Assembly (NCBI RefSeq): GCF_009914755.1 | Contig: NC_060947.1 | Direction: 5' to 3' (one strand) | From: the human T2T-CHM13v2.0 reference genome, Homo sapiens | Length of the DNA stretch: 64,000 nt | Shown here: positions 21,526-37,130 of the stretch, piece after piece | How positions within the stretch are numbered: position 1 is the stretch's first letter | Layout of the letters: the number at the start of each line of letters is the position of its first letter | Program-made: the position numbers and the translations under genes | The notes under the pieces: generated by a model | Told to the model about the DNA's origin: nothing | The model's input: the letters and a program-made list of their open reading frames with translations, nothing else | The model's database searches: none

Positions 21526-22799
21526 TCAATGAGATTATGAATGTAGTGCAGATACGTAACAATACTGGCTCAACAAATTTGAAGAGTAAACTCTAACTAT
21601 CCTTCAGTCTTAACTGGAATAATAAACCTTCCCTTTATTACAGATGCATTCCTTTAAAGAGCCCGTTTTCTGCTCTGTGAAATGGGGAACAATGCTTGTC
21701 TTACAGGGCTGCTGAGTGGAACTGATGAAATGTGGAACTGTGTTGGGCTGGCTTCTGTCCCCAACTCCCCAACATTTAACAGGACCGGGACCCCCATCAG
21801 GTACTTAGGACTGGAGGAATTATCACTCATGTTTACAAGTCCAGACAGTGAAAATAGGTGGGTTCCCCCATATCATTCTTGTTATTTGCAATCCTCCTGC
21901 TCCCCTGATTACTGCCTTCTTGATTGGCCACACTTTCCCTTCTGCTGGATCCTATTTCTGTTGCTGTTGATGAGGTGCTAGGGTCTTCAAGGTAACAAGC
22001 CCCACTGATTTCTCTGGAGTCTCTGGTGAGCCAAATCCCCCTTTGACCTCTATAGAATTGTGGAGAATGTCTTTATAACTTGAGAGTTATATTTATCCTG
22101 GTGAGTACAACTCTTGTGGTTCTTGGGATTACATTGGTTCTTAGAAAAATAGCCCTTTCTGGTTTTCTTTCATAACTCCTTCAAATAACTCAGACAAGAG
22201 TGCACTGCGGCCTAACTGAGAAAATGCATCTGAGTGTGCCCTGAATTGCATTACTGCAAACCTCCACAATACAAACAGGCTGAAGGCTTTATTTGTGCCT
22301 GTGTTTCTATCCTTGATACGGATTTTCTCAAAGGAGACTCTTGGCAGGCCTGCCCACCCAGTTTAACAGACTTACCTAGACATGTAAATTACATTGGGAG
22401 AACAAATTTTCTTTAAAGCGGAAACACACTCCCTTCTTGTCCATACCTGAACCATGAAACTACTCTGTAAGTTCTTAAAAACTATATTAAGTATTTGGCA
22501 TTGTTATTTCTTTGTGAGTGTGTGCCCTTTTCTCCAGACAGTTTCTGGTATAGTGCCCGACATAGTAGATATTAAATTATTAATTATTTTGATTGATTAA
22601 TTAACTAAGAGTTAGAAATCCAGCTCAAAACTGTCCCTAACTCACTATCCTTAACTAAGGGGCCAAAGGCAAGTAACTAGTTATGTGGAAAGCATTATAT
22701 TATTTCCAAAGGAACATAGCAAGGAAAGTTTCTAACTCAAATTCTGTAAACTTTTTTTTAAACCTTGTATATGTTAGTGTTTAGGGAAACATAGACGCC

Positions 22800-22965
22800 T
22801 TACGTGCATCATAATTACCTAGGGAAAGTGTTAAAAATGTTGACAGTTGGGTGCTCGTCCCACCCCCAACCAGCCACTGTGACCACCTGAATCACCAGAA
22901 TCAGGAATTACTATTTTGACAGTTTCCCAAGTGATTCTCATGCATCTGAGTTTTGACAACATAGG
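22800..22965. mobile_element. MER5-like hAT DNA transposon remnant
   Basis: attacctagggaaagtgttaaaaatg...cccaagtgattctcatgca. Confidence 0.55.
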
Positions 22966-23959
22966 CATAGAGAAACACTGACAGTAATTACACCATTTTA
23001 CAAATTTCGTGATCCAAATTACCTTACTTACTTGATTCCACAATGCATATACGTTTCCAAAGTACAGCATTCCAAAATTAGACATTAGGCCATCAATGTA
23101 TGTTTATACTTAAACCAGTACTGTTTTATCTTCTTTTCAAATATCCTATTAAACTAATGCTTTATCATGAATTTATTATTAATAATAAATGTAATAATTA
23201 TGAAATTATTAAATAAATTATGCATTATCATTTCTGTGCCAACCTGTGCCCTTTCACAACAATGATTTTGTTTTAGTCTCCCTGGAGCTCAGTTTCTAGC
23301 ACAGTGCCTAATATAGTAGATGTTTCATAACATAATAATTCATTTACTAATTAATTATTAAATTATTTCAGGATTGTAGTTTATCTAAAACAATATATAA
23401 CAACATTTTTGAGCCTGTGGAGTTTTTTTTAATGCTTTCGTATTTTGAAATTTCTATAAAGAACATTTTAAAATGTTAGTACTTCTTATAATTATTTATA
23501 TAATGTCATCATACATATTTGGATCATGAATATAGGGAGAATATAAACAAAACCGTAATCCAGTCATCCAAAGATACCATTTGTAAGTTTTTAAATCTTC
23601 ATCTTATATTTTATCATGACAAAGCTAGGCTTAGAGCCTCTTATGAGGAACACTGCCTCTTTCAAAGCCCCTGCCAAAGAAATATGTTTAGCTTGCCATG
23701 TTTGTTACTATTTTTCTAATCTCTCCTCTCCACTTATCAAAGCTGATTGACTCATTTGATCAGCTTTCAGTTAGCTCCTGATTTTCAAAACTCAAGCCAT
23801 CACATTTCAGAAGTCCACTCACAGTGATCTAATGTCCAATTTTGAAATGTATTTTTTTCTATCTTGAAAAACTACAACAATGTTTGTCTTATAAAGTTCT
23901 CATCATGTCTGCATTAAAAAAAATCAATTCCTTTTCCTTTAAATCCTTAGTGATTACTT

Positions 23960-24918
<959 letters not shown>

Positions 24919-25428
24919 TTTTGAAATGTATTTTGGCAAATTTAGAAATATAAAGTAAATATATTTATTTACTAGAACAGAACTATTTATTTACGAAACT
25001 TAAAAATTGTCTTAGAAGTAGAAAAAGTTTTGAGTTTTATAAATGAAATGGACAAAATTCCACGTCTACTCTGTCTCCTTTCCTGACATCACATGTATTA
25101 TGTAGTAAATATACTGATTTTGTTTGGAAAAGTCCAGTTTTTAAATTTCAGAAAGATAGCATGTTATGTAGTCAATATTTCATGTGTAACCAGCTGGAAT
25201 GCTTTCTAAGTGATATAACTATACATAACCCAATAAATAAGGCATCCCTATAAACTTGAAAATCTAATTTTTAAAAAATTTTTGCCAGACATTTGAAAAG
25301 TCACAATTAGCATGTTTAGAAATTTACTCTGTTGGAAAATATTTCCAATTTAATAAAAATAAACTTTGCTGAGTTTCATATGAAGAGAGAAATCTTCAGA
25401 TGTATGCCCATTTAAAAAAATCATTTTT

Positions 25429-25722
25429 GGCCAGGTGTGGTGGCTCACGCCTGTAATCCCAGCACTTTGGGAGGCTGAGGCAGGCGGATCACGAGGTCAG
25501 GAGATCGAGACCATCCTGGCTAACACGGTGAAACCCCGTCTCTACTAAAAATACAAAAAATTAGCCGGGTGTGGTGGCGGGCGCCTGTAGTCCCAGCTAT
25601 TCGGGAGGCTCAGGCAGGAGAATGGCATGAACCTGGGAGGCGGAGCTTGCAGTGAGCCGAGATGGTGCCACTGCACTCCAGCCTGGGCAACAGAGCAAGA
25701 CTCCGTCTCAAAAAAAAAAAAA
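25429..25722 (+). mobile_element. AluY SINE
   Basis: Full Alu consensus. Confidence 0.96.
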
Positions 25723-27435
25723 TTTGTTTTCACACAAATGAACTTTGTGTTTCTGATTGTAAAGTAATGCATTCTAAAGTGGTTTTTGTTGTTGCTTTGA
25801 GCAGAAGACAAACTGTATTAAGAAAGTTTTAAAATATTTTCTTCAACATCTTGTTTCTTTTCCTAAGATCACATGAGTATCAATTAATTTTAAGTTGTTG
25901 TCTATTTTTTCCCTAAATTAATACATATTACTTAGTTTGTAATTAAAATTTGATTTTTAAAAGAGGAAGCAAACTAATGTGTCAGTCATTAAAAGGGTGG
26001 AAAATTTGTTGAAAAAGAATAATGAATTTCAAACTAGTTCTGGATCCTTTCGCTGATTATGTAAACTTAGTAGTTATTGCCATGGTAATGCATTAGTGTT
26101 TACCATACATTGGTAAAATGGAGATGATAATTTCCAGGGCTGCTGTGGGACCCAAAGGAGATAAAGAGCATGTGAGTGAATGGTGTTGGATGACTTCATG
26201 TTTTCACCTGCACATTCAGAATCCAAGTACCTCAGATCCCCTTCAGCTGCTGGGAGTAGTAGCCAAACTATGTCACAGTCCCACTCCATCCCTCAGCTAT
26301 GATGACCCACCCACTTCTCCCAGTTCTGCACTCTCCACTGGCCTTGATCACTACAGATTTCTCTAGACACCTCAATGTGCTAATGTCCCAGTTTATATCC
26401 TACAGAGGTGTGCATAAAGACCTACTTGAATTACAGTTGTACTAGCTTTGTTGGGTACTGTCTTAGTGATGCTTGGACCATGGTATGTTTTATATTTTTA
26501 GCAAAAGAGGCCTTTTGCTCAGCTTATATTTGTGGTTATAGGATATTAGGGGCCGAGTCTTGTTTTTTTTTATCCACTCTGACAATCTCTGTCATGTAAT
26601 TAGAGGGCTAAGACAATTTCCACTTCAAGTGACTATCAATATGGTTGTCACACAACCACAATTAATGCTCTGTTAATTTTTCAGTCTTTTCTCTCTGTGT
26701 TTCATTTCAAATGGTTTCTTTTGCTATGTCTTCAGGTATACTATTCGTCTACAATGTGTAATCTGCCATTAACTTCATTTAGTATATTTTTTCATTTCAG
26801 ACATTGTAGTTTTTATCTCTAGATGTTTAATTTGAGCCTTTTAAATATTTTTTATATTCCATGTCTCTACTTAACTTATTCACTCTTTCCTCTAGCTTCT
26901 TGACCATATGCAATGAAGTTCTAATTATCTGCTTTTATGTCCTTATCTAATTCTACCATTGTTGTCACTTCTGGGTCAGTTTTGATTGGTTGCTTTTTCT
27001 CTCATGATGGGTTTTATTTTCCTGTTTCTTTGTAGGCTCTTGATTGGATGTCAGACATTGTAAGTTTCACCTATTGAGTGCTGGATATTTTCGTATCCCT
27101 GGAATTATATTGATTTTTATTCTGGAAAACAGTTATTTGTAAAGTTTGGTATTTTAGATTCTTGCTTTAAAACTTTGTAAGAAAGGATCAGTGTTGTGTT
27201 TAGTTTAGAGTGAATCGTTCTCCACTAATGAGGAAAATTCTTTCTGAGTACTCTATCTGATGTCCTATGAATTATGAGGTTTCCAAGTCTGGCTAGTGGG
27301 AACATGCACTGTTCCCAAACATGTGTGAACTTAAGGAATTATTTCCTTTAATCCTTTTCGGTAGATCATTTCCTGATCTAGGGTAGTTTCCCTACAGACA
27401 TGTGATGATCAGAATGATCAGTACTAGTTAAAATA

Positions 27436-27810
27436 CTTGGCAGGCCATTAGACTGAGGTGACTCTAGCAAACTAGAGTTTCTATGGAAGCAAACTGAAAC
27501 CCAACTCATAGTGAATGGTCATAGCCTAGGAAAATAAAATTTAAGCATCACCAATTAAAAACTGCCAACTAACCTCTAACTAGAGACTTTACCAATCAAA
27601 AGCTGCCTATTAACCACTAACTAGAAACCTTTCACTTTTACAAATCAAATCTTTTCTTTGCTTTGCTTTAGAAAACATTTTATAAAAGATTTCCCTCACA
27701 TGCCCCCTTGGTGGAACACTGAACCACTTGCAGTTTGGCATTGTTCTGTTCATGAATAAACTCTGCTCAAATAAACTCTTCAAAATTTTAATGTGCCTGT
27801 TTATTATTTA
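27436..27810 (+). mobile_element. Solo LTR, probably ERV1 class (family not assigned)
   Basis: LTR-like order of CCAAT boxes, TATAAAA and AATAAA. Confidence 0.55.
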
Positions 27811-28038
27811 AGAGTACTCAGGTAAATATTCAAGAGTGGCTCTCCATGGATCTCTGGAATTCCTTCTCTGTGCAGCTCTTTCCTTTCTGGGACACAGCCC
27901 TGTGAACTCCAGCTTCCTTGCCCTCCTTGGACTCCCAACTTCTTATTCTAAGCTCTGGGATACCACAGGGCTTTGCCTGGATTCCTACTTCTTGCACTGT
28001 GGCCTGAAAACTTTCTTCAGGAAGTAAGCTGGGGCAAT

Positions 28039-28590
28039 TGTTGTACCCGAGCGAGTCAGAAAAATGCCACACTTTGAGACGAATTATGAGTCCTTTTTTA
28101 GCCGGCGACCAAGAGACGGCTAACGTTCAAAATTCTCTCGGCCCCGAGGAAGGGGCTTGATTAATTTTTATACCTTGGTTTAGGAAGGGGGGGTGTCCAG
28201 TTAGAACAATTTTACAGAAGTTAAGTAGTCAAAAAGTTAAAAGGATAAATGGTTACAGGAAAGTAAACAGTCCCAGGTGCAGGGGCTTTAAGACTATTAC
28301 AAGGTGATAGACGCGGGGCTTTGGGTGTTATCAATCGGACGAATTCTTGGGGACTGCAGATATAGCTTGCCACAGTATTTTATCAGTTAATTGCATTCTT
28401 GGATGTGCTGGGAGTCAGCTTGCACAAGTTAAGTCCTTGAGGAAGGGGCTGCCAGTGAAAGAGCCAAGATGGAGTCTGTCTGGCTCTCTTAGCTAAGGGA
28501 GAGTCAATTCAGTTGGAAACAAGGCTAGGTGATTAAAGGAAAAGGGAAAGTCTAAAAACAGAGTTAGTAAAAACCAGGTTGGGCATTACA
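28039..28590 (-). mobile_element. LTR6A/B (HERV-S71) solo LTR
   Basis: Reverse complement TGTAATGCCCAACC...GGGTACAACA; 4-bp TSD CAAT at 28035 and 28591. Confidence 0.85.
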
Positions 28591-28739
28591 CAATCATAAG
28601 AATAACCTCATTTGTTCCCAGTTTCTCAGGGATCACTAAACATTGTTGCCTGTTGTCTAAGGTCTTGAGAACAGCTTGTTCTTGTATTTCATCCAACTTT
28701 TTAGTTGTTTCATGTGGGAGAAAAATTTCATCTATCTAG

Positions 28740-29078
<339 letters not shown>

Positions 29079-29289
29079 TTGAATAAATGTTTAATGTGGT
29101 CATTGTAAGTCTGTGGGGATCCTCAAATCCTTAGCCCAGTTCTGCCCTTCACGAAAGAACAGCAGGCAAGTCACTTCATTTCTCTAGAAGCAAAGACTTG
29201 CATTTCCTACAGCAAATTTAATTTGACACAGCAAATTAAAAATGAAAAAAAATTAGCATTGTATTATAAAATAAACATTGCATTGGATT

Positions 29290-29658
29290 CTTGTTTTTAA
29301 AAAACAGCAAGGAAGACTTTATTCAAGACTCTTGCAAGAGAGGAGAGAGATTGAACTCAGTTCCAAATACTACTGAGACAGCTGGGATTTTATGGCCACT
29401 GGGAAAGGTGAGGGAAAGGGTGGAAAACTAGTAAGAAATTTGGTTAGTTATCAGGGGAAGGGGAGGAACTTGATTAGACATCAAAAGTGGCAGAAGAAGA
29501 GCTTGATTGGATGGCAAAGGTGGGAGGATTCTTGATAAACTGACTCAGCAGGATTTTTGCTAAAACTGGGCTCAGTTGGCGAAATAGAGGCCCAGTTGAA
29601 AAAAATAAGGCTCGAAGACTGACTAAAGTTTTGGTCTAGGAGGAAGGAGTCCATGTCA
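29290..29658 (-). mobile_element. ERV1 LTR (MER31-like)
   Basis: aggagagagattgaactc...ctaaagttttggtc...gtca resembles MER31. Confidence 0.55.
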
Positions 29659-30084
29659 GTATGTATTGGTGATTTTTGAAGCATTTCACACAGACTGCCT
29701 GCTTCACAATCTCCTGTCTTTGTTGTTAACAACATAGAATTTGTCACCCTTCCCCAATATTACATGATTCAAATATACTTCTAACTGGGTCCCAAAACAT
29801 ACATTATTATCATGCTCCCCTGAGAGATTCTAATGCACACTAATACTGGAGAACCACTGGTGGTACAATGGAAGCACAATTATATTGAGTACAAATATGC
29901 CTAGAGAAAGACTGTAAGAAAATGTGTCAAAATGCTAGAGAACCTAGTAATGCATATATCATGGGATCTAAATTATCCTATTCTATGTTAGGATTTATTT
30001 TTGAAAAATTTTCAACATTTCTCACCTTGGGATACATCATATACTAGATGTGATAGTTTTCTCTTTCTCAGAAAAGTGTTTCTG

Positions 30085-31265
30085 TTCACTATCTCCATGA
30101 GATTAATTTTGTTAGCTCTCTCATAAAAGTGAGAATATATGACATTTGTCTTTTCATGTGTGCCTTATTTCACTTAACATAACGTCTTCTAGTTCCATCC
30201 ATGTTGTCACAAATCATTGGATTTCATTCTTTTTATGGTGGAATAATATTCCACTATGTATATGTACCACATTTTCTTTATCAATTTATCCTTGGATAGA
30301 CACTTGGGTTGATTCCATAACTTGGCTATTGTGAATGGTGGTGCAATAAACATGGGAGTGCAGATATCTCTCCAATATACCGATTTCCTTTCCTTTTGAT
30401 ATTGCTGGATATATGGTAGCATTATTTTTAGTTTTTTGAGAACCCTCCCCACTGTTTTCCATAAAGGCTCTACTAATTTATATCCTACCAATAGTGTACA
30501 AGCATTCCCCTTTCTTTGTTTCTTCCCCAGCATTTTTCTTTTTTTTCTTTCTTTCTTTCTTTTTTTTTTTTTGAGACAGAGTTTCGCTGTCTCCAGGCCG
30601 GAGGGCAGTGGTGTGATCTCTGCCCACTGCAACCTCCGCCTCCTGGATTTAAGCGATTCCCCTTGCTCAGCCTCCTGAGTAGCTGGGACTACAGGTGTGC
30701 CACCACACCGAGCTAATATGTATATATATTTTTTGGATTTTTGTAGAGATGGGGTTTCACCATGTTGGCCAGGATGGTCTTGATCTTCTGACCTTGTGAT
30801 CCGCCCACGTGGTCCTCCCAAAATGCTGGGATTACAGGCGTGAGCCACCAAGCCAGGCCTTCCCCAGCATTTGTTATTTTCTGTGTTTTGGATAACAGCT
30901 ATTATAACTAGGGTGAGATGATATCTCACTGTGGTTTTGATTTGCATTTGGTGATTACCAGAGGTTGGGAAGGGTAGTAGGGAGAGGGGATAAAAACAGG
31001 TTGGTTAGCAGGTACAAAAATACAATTAGAAGGAATAAGATCTAGTGTTCTATAGCACGGTAGGAATGATTATAGTTACCAATAATTTCTTGTATATTTC
31101 AACTTGGAATGTTCCCAACACAAACAAATGATAAATGTTTGAAGTGATGGTTATCCCAATTTCTGATTTGATCATTACACATTATATGCTTGTATCAAAA
31201 TATCACATGTACCCCATAAATGTGTACAACTATTATGTATCCATAAAAATAAAAAATGCAAAAAA
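30085..31265 (+). mobile_element. L1MA-type 3' end with 5' inversion
   Basis: Minus segment 30085-30950, plus 3'UTR 30951-31265; 14-bp TSD at 30071 and 31314. Confidence 0.88.
30533..30858 (-). mobile_element. AluS SINE nested in L1
   Basis: Reverse Alu; TSD cttccccagcattt. Confidence 0.92.
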
Positions 31266-31715
31266 GCTGTAGGTGATAAATAAGAACAATTTAATAGATG
31301 TTCAAAACTGGGGGAAAAGTGTTTCTGAATCCATGGTGTATGTTACAGAAACTGTAATATAATAATTAAGAAAGTAAAGTACATAAATATATGTGGGCAT
31401 GTGCACATTTAAATAGAAAAAGATGTAAAAGAATTCACCACTGATAACATTTGGGAATGGATATGTGATTAAAAGTGATTTTTCTGTTCTATTTTCTTCA
31501 ATGCCAGATTTTTATTTTTAAATTTTTGTATAGTTACAAACTTATTTCCATTAAAAATTCTGAATATATGTTATGTTAATTTGGAATATGCAGAAAATAA
31601 TAGTTATAATAACAATACTCATAACATACTTTTAGTGTGAACCACGTTCCAGAGAGTGTTCTAAGTGATTTGCAAGTATTAATCCATTTGTTCCTCAGAA
31701 GAGACCTGTGAAGGC

Positions 31716-32165
31716 TGTGAAAGGAAAAAAATCTTGGGGCCCCCAAGTCACCAAGCTAAAGGGAAAAGTCAAGCTGGCAACTGCTCAGGGCAAACCTGCC
31801 TCCCATTCTATTCAAAGTCACCCCTCTGCTCACTGAGATAAATGCATATCTGATTGCCTCCTTTGGAGAGGCTAATCAGAAACTCAAAGGAATGCAACAA
31901 TTTGTCTCTTATCTACCTATGACCTAGAAGCCCCCTCCCCACTTCGAGTTGTCCCGCCTTTCTGGACAGAACCAATGTTCATCTTACATATGATGATTGC
32001 TGTCTCATGTCTCCTAAAAATGTATAAAACTAAATTGTACTCTGACCTCCTTGGGCACATGTCGTCTGAACCTCCTGAGGCTGTGTCATGGGCGCGCATC
32101 CTCAACCTTGGCAAAATAAACTTTCTAAATTGACTGAGACCTGCCTCGAATATTCGGGGTTTACA
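31716..32165 (+). mobile_element. MER4A-type ERV1 solo LTR inserted in a MIR
   Basis: TGTGAAAGGAAAA...GGGTTTACA; 4-bp TSD AGGC. Confidence 0.85.
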
Positions 32166-34102
32166 AGGCTATACTATCAATGACCCCACTTTACAAGGGA
32201 GGAAACTGAGGCACACACAGGTTAAGCACATTACCTGTGGTTGTTCAGCTAATAAGTTGCAAAACCAGGATATAGGCAAAACTGGCTCCAGAATCAGTGC
32301 TCTCAGCCTCTCAATAAAGTAAATAAAAAATACATTAAAACCATGATTGGAACAGCTGGAGACATCCACCTATGTTCTTAAAAGCCTTATGACTTTTCAA
32401 CATAAACAAAAGCTGAGGGAGTTCCTCATTGCTAGATCTGCCCTTCAGGAAAATGCTAAAAGGAGTCCTTCAAGTCGAAATAAAAGGATGCTAGACTAGC
32501 AACATGAAACCATATGAAAACATAAAGCTCTCTGATAAAGGTTAATATGTACACAAATATAGGATCCTATAGTGTTGTAATGTTATTGTATGAATCACTT
32601 TTAGTGCTGATACAGAATTTAAGAGACAAAAGCATAAGAAGTAACCCAAAGTCTGTGTTAATCACACACAATATAAACAGATATAATTTGTGACATCGAT
32701 AAGTTGGGGGGTGGATATTTAAGGAGTAGAGGTTTTGTACGTGATTGAATAGGCATTGGTTTAAAATAGATTGTTATAACTTAAAGGTGTTTTATATAAT
32801 CCCAATGATAACCATCAAGAAAATATCTTTAGAGGAAAAAAAAAAGAGAGAAGAGAATCAAAGCACGTCACTACAAAAACTCAATGAAATACAAAGGAAT
32901 AGGGTAGGAGAGAAAAAGAGAGACAAAATACCTATAAGAGAAACAGAATACAACAAAACAGCAATAGTAAATCTTTTCCTATCAGTAGTATCTTTACAGG
33001 CAAACAGATTAAACCTACCAATCAAAAGACATAGATTGACTGAATGGGTTTAAAAAAACAAGATCTAACTATATTGTGTCTAAAAGGGATTCACTTGAGA
33101 TCTAAGGACACATATAGTCTGAAAGTGAAAAGATGGGAAAAGATATTCCATACAAATGGTAAACAGAGGGCAGGGGTTGCCATATTTATATCAGATGAAA
33201 TAGATTTTAAATAAAAACTGTTACAAGAGACAAAGAAAAACATATAATGATAAAAGAGTCAATTCATCAGGAATATACAACAATTACAAATATATATACA
33301 CCTAACATCAGAGTTCCCAAATATATGAAGCCAACATAAACAGAATTGAAGGGAAAAATAGTCAGCAATACAATAATAGTAGAGGACTTCAATATTTCAC
33401 TTTCAATAATGGATAGAACAGCCAGACAGAAGATCAATAAGGAAACAGAGGACTTGAACAACACTGTAGACTAATTGGACCTAACAAACATACACAAAAT
33501 TCTCCACCCAACAACAGGGGAATACACATTTTTCTCAAGTGCACACAGAACATTATCCAGGATAGAAAATGTTTTCCACCACAAAACAAGTCTTAACAAA
33601 TTTAAGAAGACTGAGAAATCATTCAAAGTATATTTTCTGACCACACTGGAAAGAAACTAGAAATCAATAGCAGAAGGAAAACTGAAAAATCCACAAATAC
33701 ATGGAAATTAATCAACACTGCTAGTCAATAGACAAAAGAAGGAATCACAAGAGAAATTAGAATATGTTTTGAGACAAATGAAAACTCAACATTCTAAACT
33801 TATGGGTATAGTGAAAGTAGTACCAAGAGGAAAGGAAGTCTGTAGCAGTAAATACTTACATTAGAAAAAAACAAAGATCTCAAATCAACAACTTAACTTA
33901 CACATTTAGGAACTAGAAAAAGAACAAACAAAATCCAAAATTAGCAGAAGGAATGAAATGACAAAAATCAGAGCAGAGATAAATGAAATGGATAATTTTA
34001 AAAATAGAAGATCAATGAAACAGTTGACTTTTTGAAAAGATCAATAAAATTGACAAGCTCTTAGCTAGATTTACTACAAACAACAGAAAGGAGACTCAAC
34101 TA

Positions 34103-34425
<323 letters not shown>

Positions 34426-35334
34426 GAAATGAAAGAGGAGACATTGCAACTGAAGCCACAGAAATAAAAAGGATTATAAGAGTCTGGTGGTGATGGGGAG
34501 GGATGGGCAACAGGGAGATGTTGATCAAAGGATACGACGTTTCAGTTAGACTGCAGGAATAAGTTTTATTTATCTATTGCACTGCATGGTGACCACAGTT
34601 AATAATAATGTATTGTATATTTCAAAATTGATACAAGAATAGGTTTTTAATGTTCTCACTGCAAAAAAAAATGATAAGTTGGTGAGGTGATGGATATGTT
34701 AATTAGCTTGGTGGGATCTTTCTGCAGTGTATACATAGATTAAAACATTACATTGTACCCCATAAATATGCACAATTGTTATTTATCATTTAAAAACAAA
34801 AATAAGTGTGATTATAAAAGAATACTGTGAAAAATTATACTCTAACAAATTGGATACCCTAGAAGAAATGGCAAAATTCCTCAAATCATACAACCTACCA
34901 AGACTGAATCATTAAGAAATTTAAAATCTGAATATACTTATAACTGGCAAACATATTGCATAAGTATCAAAAACATTCAAATGAAGAAAAGCCCAGGATC
35001 AGATGGCTTCACTGGAGAACGATACAAAATATTTAAAGAATTTACACCAGTCTTCTTCAAAATCTTCCACAAAATTGAAGAGAAGGGAACACTTTCATTT
35101 TATGAAGTTAGTATTTCCCTGATATCAAAACCTATACAAACACAGTACAGAAAAGAAAACTACATAGCAATATTCTCCATGAACATAGGCACAAAAATCC
35201 TTAGCAAATAGAATTTAGTAATATATAAAAAGACTGCCTCAAAGACCTAAAAACTGAAATACCATTCAACCCAGCAATCTGATTACTGGACATGTACCCA
35301 AAGGAATATAAATTATTCTATTAAAAAGACACAT

Positions 35335-35655
<321 letters not shown>

Positions 35656-36919
35656 TCATGACAGCACTATTCACAATAGCAAGGACATGGAATCAACCTA
35701 AATGCCCATCAATGATAGACTGGATAAAGAAAATGTGGTACATATACACCATGGAATACGATGCAGCCATAAAAACGAATGAGATCATGTCCTTTCCAGG
35801 AACATGGATGGAGCTGGAGGTCATTATACTTAGCAAACTAATGCAGGAACAGAAAACCAAATACTGTATATTCTCACTTATAAGTGGGAGCTAACTGATG
35901 AGAACATATGGACACATAGAAAGGAACGACACACACTGGGGCCATTCGGAGGGTGGAGTTGGGGAAGAGGGAGAGGATCAGGAAAAAATAACTAATGGGT
36001 ACTAGGCTTAATCACCTGGGTGATGAAATAATCTGTACAACAAATCCCCATGACACAAGTGTACCTATGTAACAAACCTGCACATGTACCCCTGAACTTA
36101 AAATAAATGTTACATAAAATAAAATAAGAATTATACACCATGACCAAGCAGAGTTTATTCCAGAGATGGAAGGCCATTTCAACATTCAAAAATAAACCAA
36201 TGTTATCCACCCAGTCGAAAAATAATACTGTATCAATTGATGCAGTAAAAGCATTTGACAAAATGCAACACTTATTCATAATAAAAATGATAAAAACTCT
36301 CAGTAAGTTAGGAATAGAAGGAAACTTACTCAACTTGATACAGAACATCTACAAATGGTCTACAGCTAAGACTGTACTTAATGGTGAAAAAACTGAATGA
36401 TTTCCTCCTAAGATAGGGAGCAAGACAAGAATGTCTGCTCTAAGCACTCTTATTCAACATACTGCTGGAAATTCTAGTTATTGTGATAAGGTAGGAAAAT
36501 AAAATGAAAGGCACATAGATTGGAAAATAAGAAATAAAAGTATCCCCATTTTCAGATGACATGACTACCTATGTACAAAATCCCAAGGAATGTACGTTTG
36601 TCTTTTAAATCATCTCCACATGAACTTATGAGGCAATGTGTTTCCAAGAAGAATCTCTTAAAAATAAACTAAGCGTTATTTGCTGACATGTAAAGAATTC
36701 TTCTACTCTATACAAGTGTGTCATTGGGCTATTTATGAAATGTTAAGAGGCTTGGTTGTCTTTACTCTGGCCCCAGACTGCAGCCTCAAAGAAGTTTGAT
36801 ATTAAGCTAAGGGAAAACTGAGGTAACAAGGAGAAATCAATCCATCTTACCAAGTTGTGCATTCAGGACGATAGAAGACAGACATTCTTTGCCCACCAGG
36901 GAACATCCTTGGGCTTGAG

Positions 36920-37130
36920 AGCACGTCTGGGTGTCTTACGGTCTGGGTTTGAGTCCCAGCCTTGCCACTTATAAATAATAAGCTGATGCCACAAACATGC
37001 CCCTTCAGCCTCCATTTCCTCTTTGGTAAAATAATCGTGGTACCTAACTCATAGGCTTCTAGTGAGGGTTAAGAAACAAGTAGAGCACCTAACATAATCT
37101 CTGCCACATTATAAATGGTATTTACTGTAA
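36920..37130 (+). mobile_element. MIR SINE
   Basis: ctgggtttgagtcccagccttgccactta...tacctaactcatagg. Confidence 0.65.
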
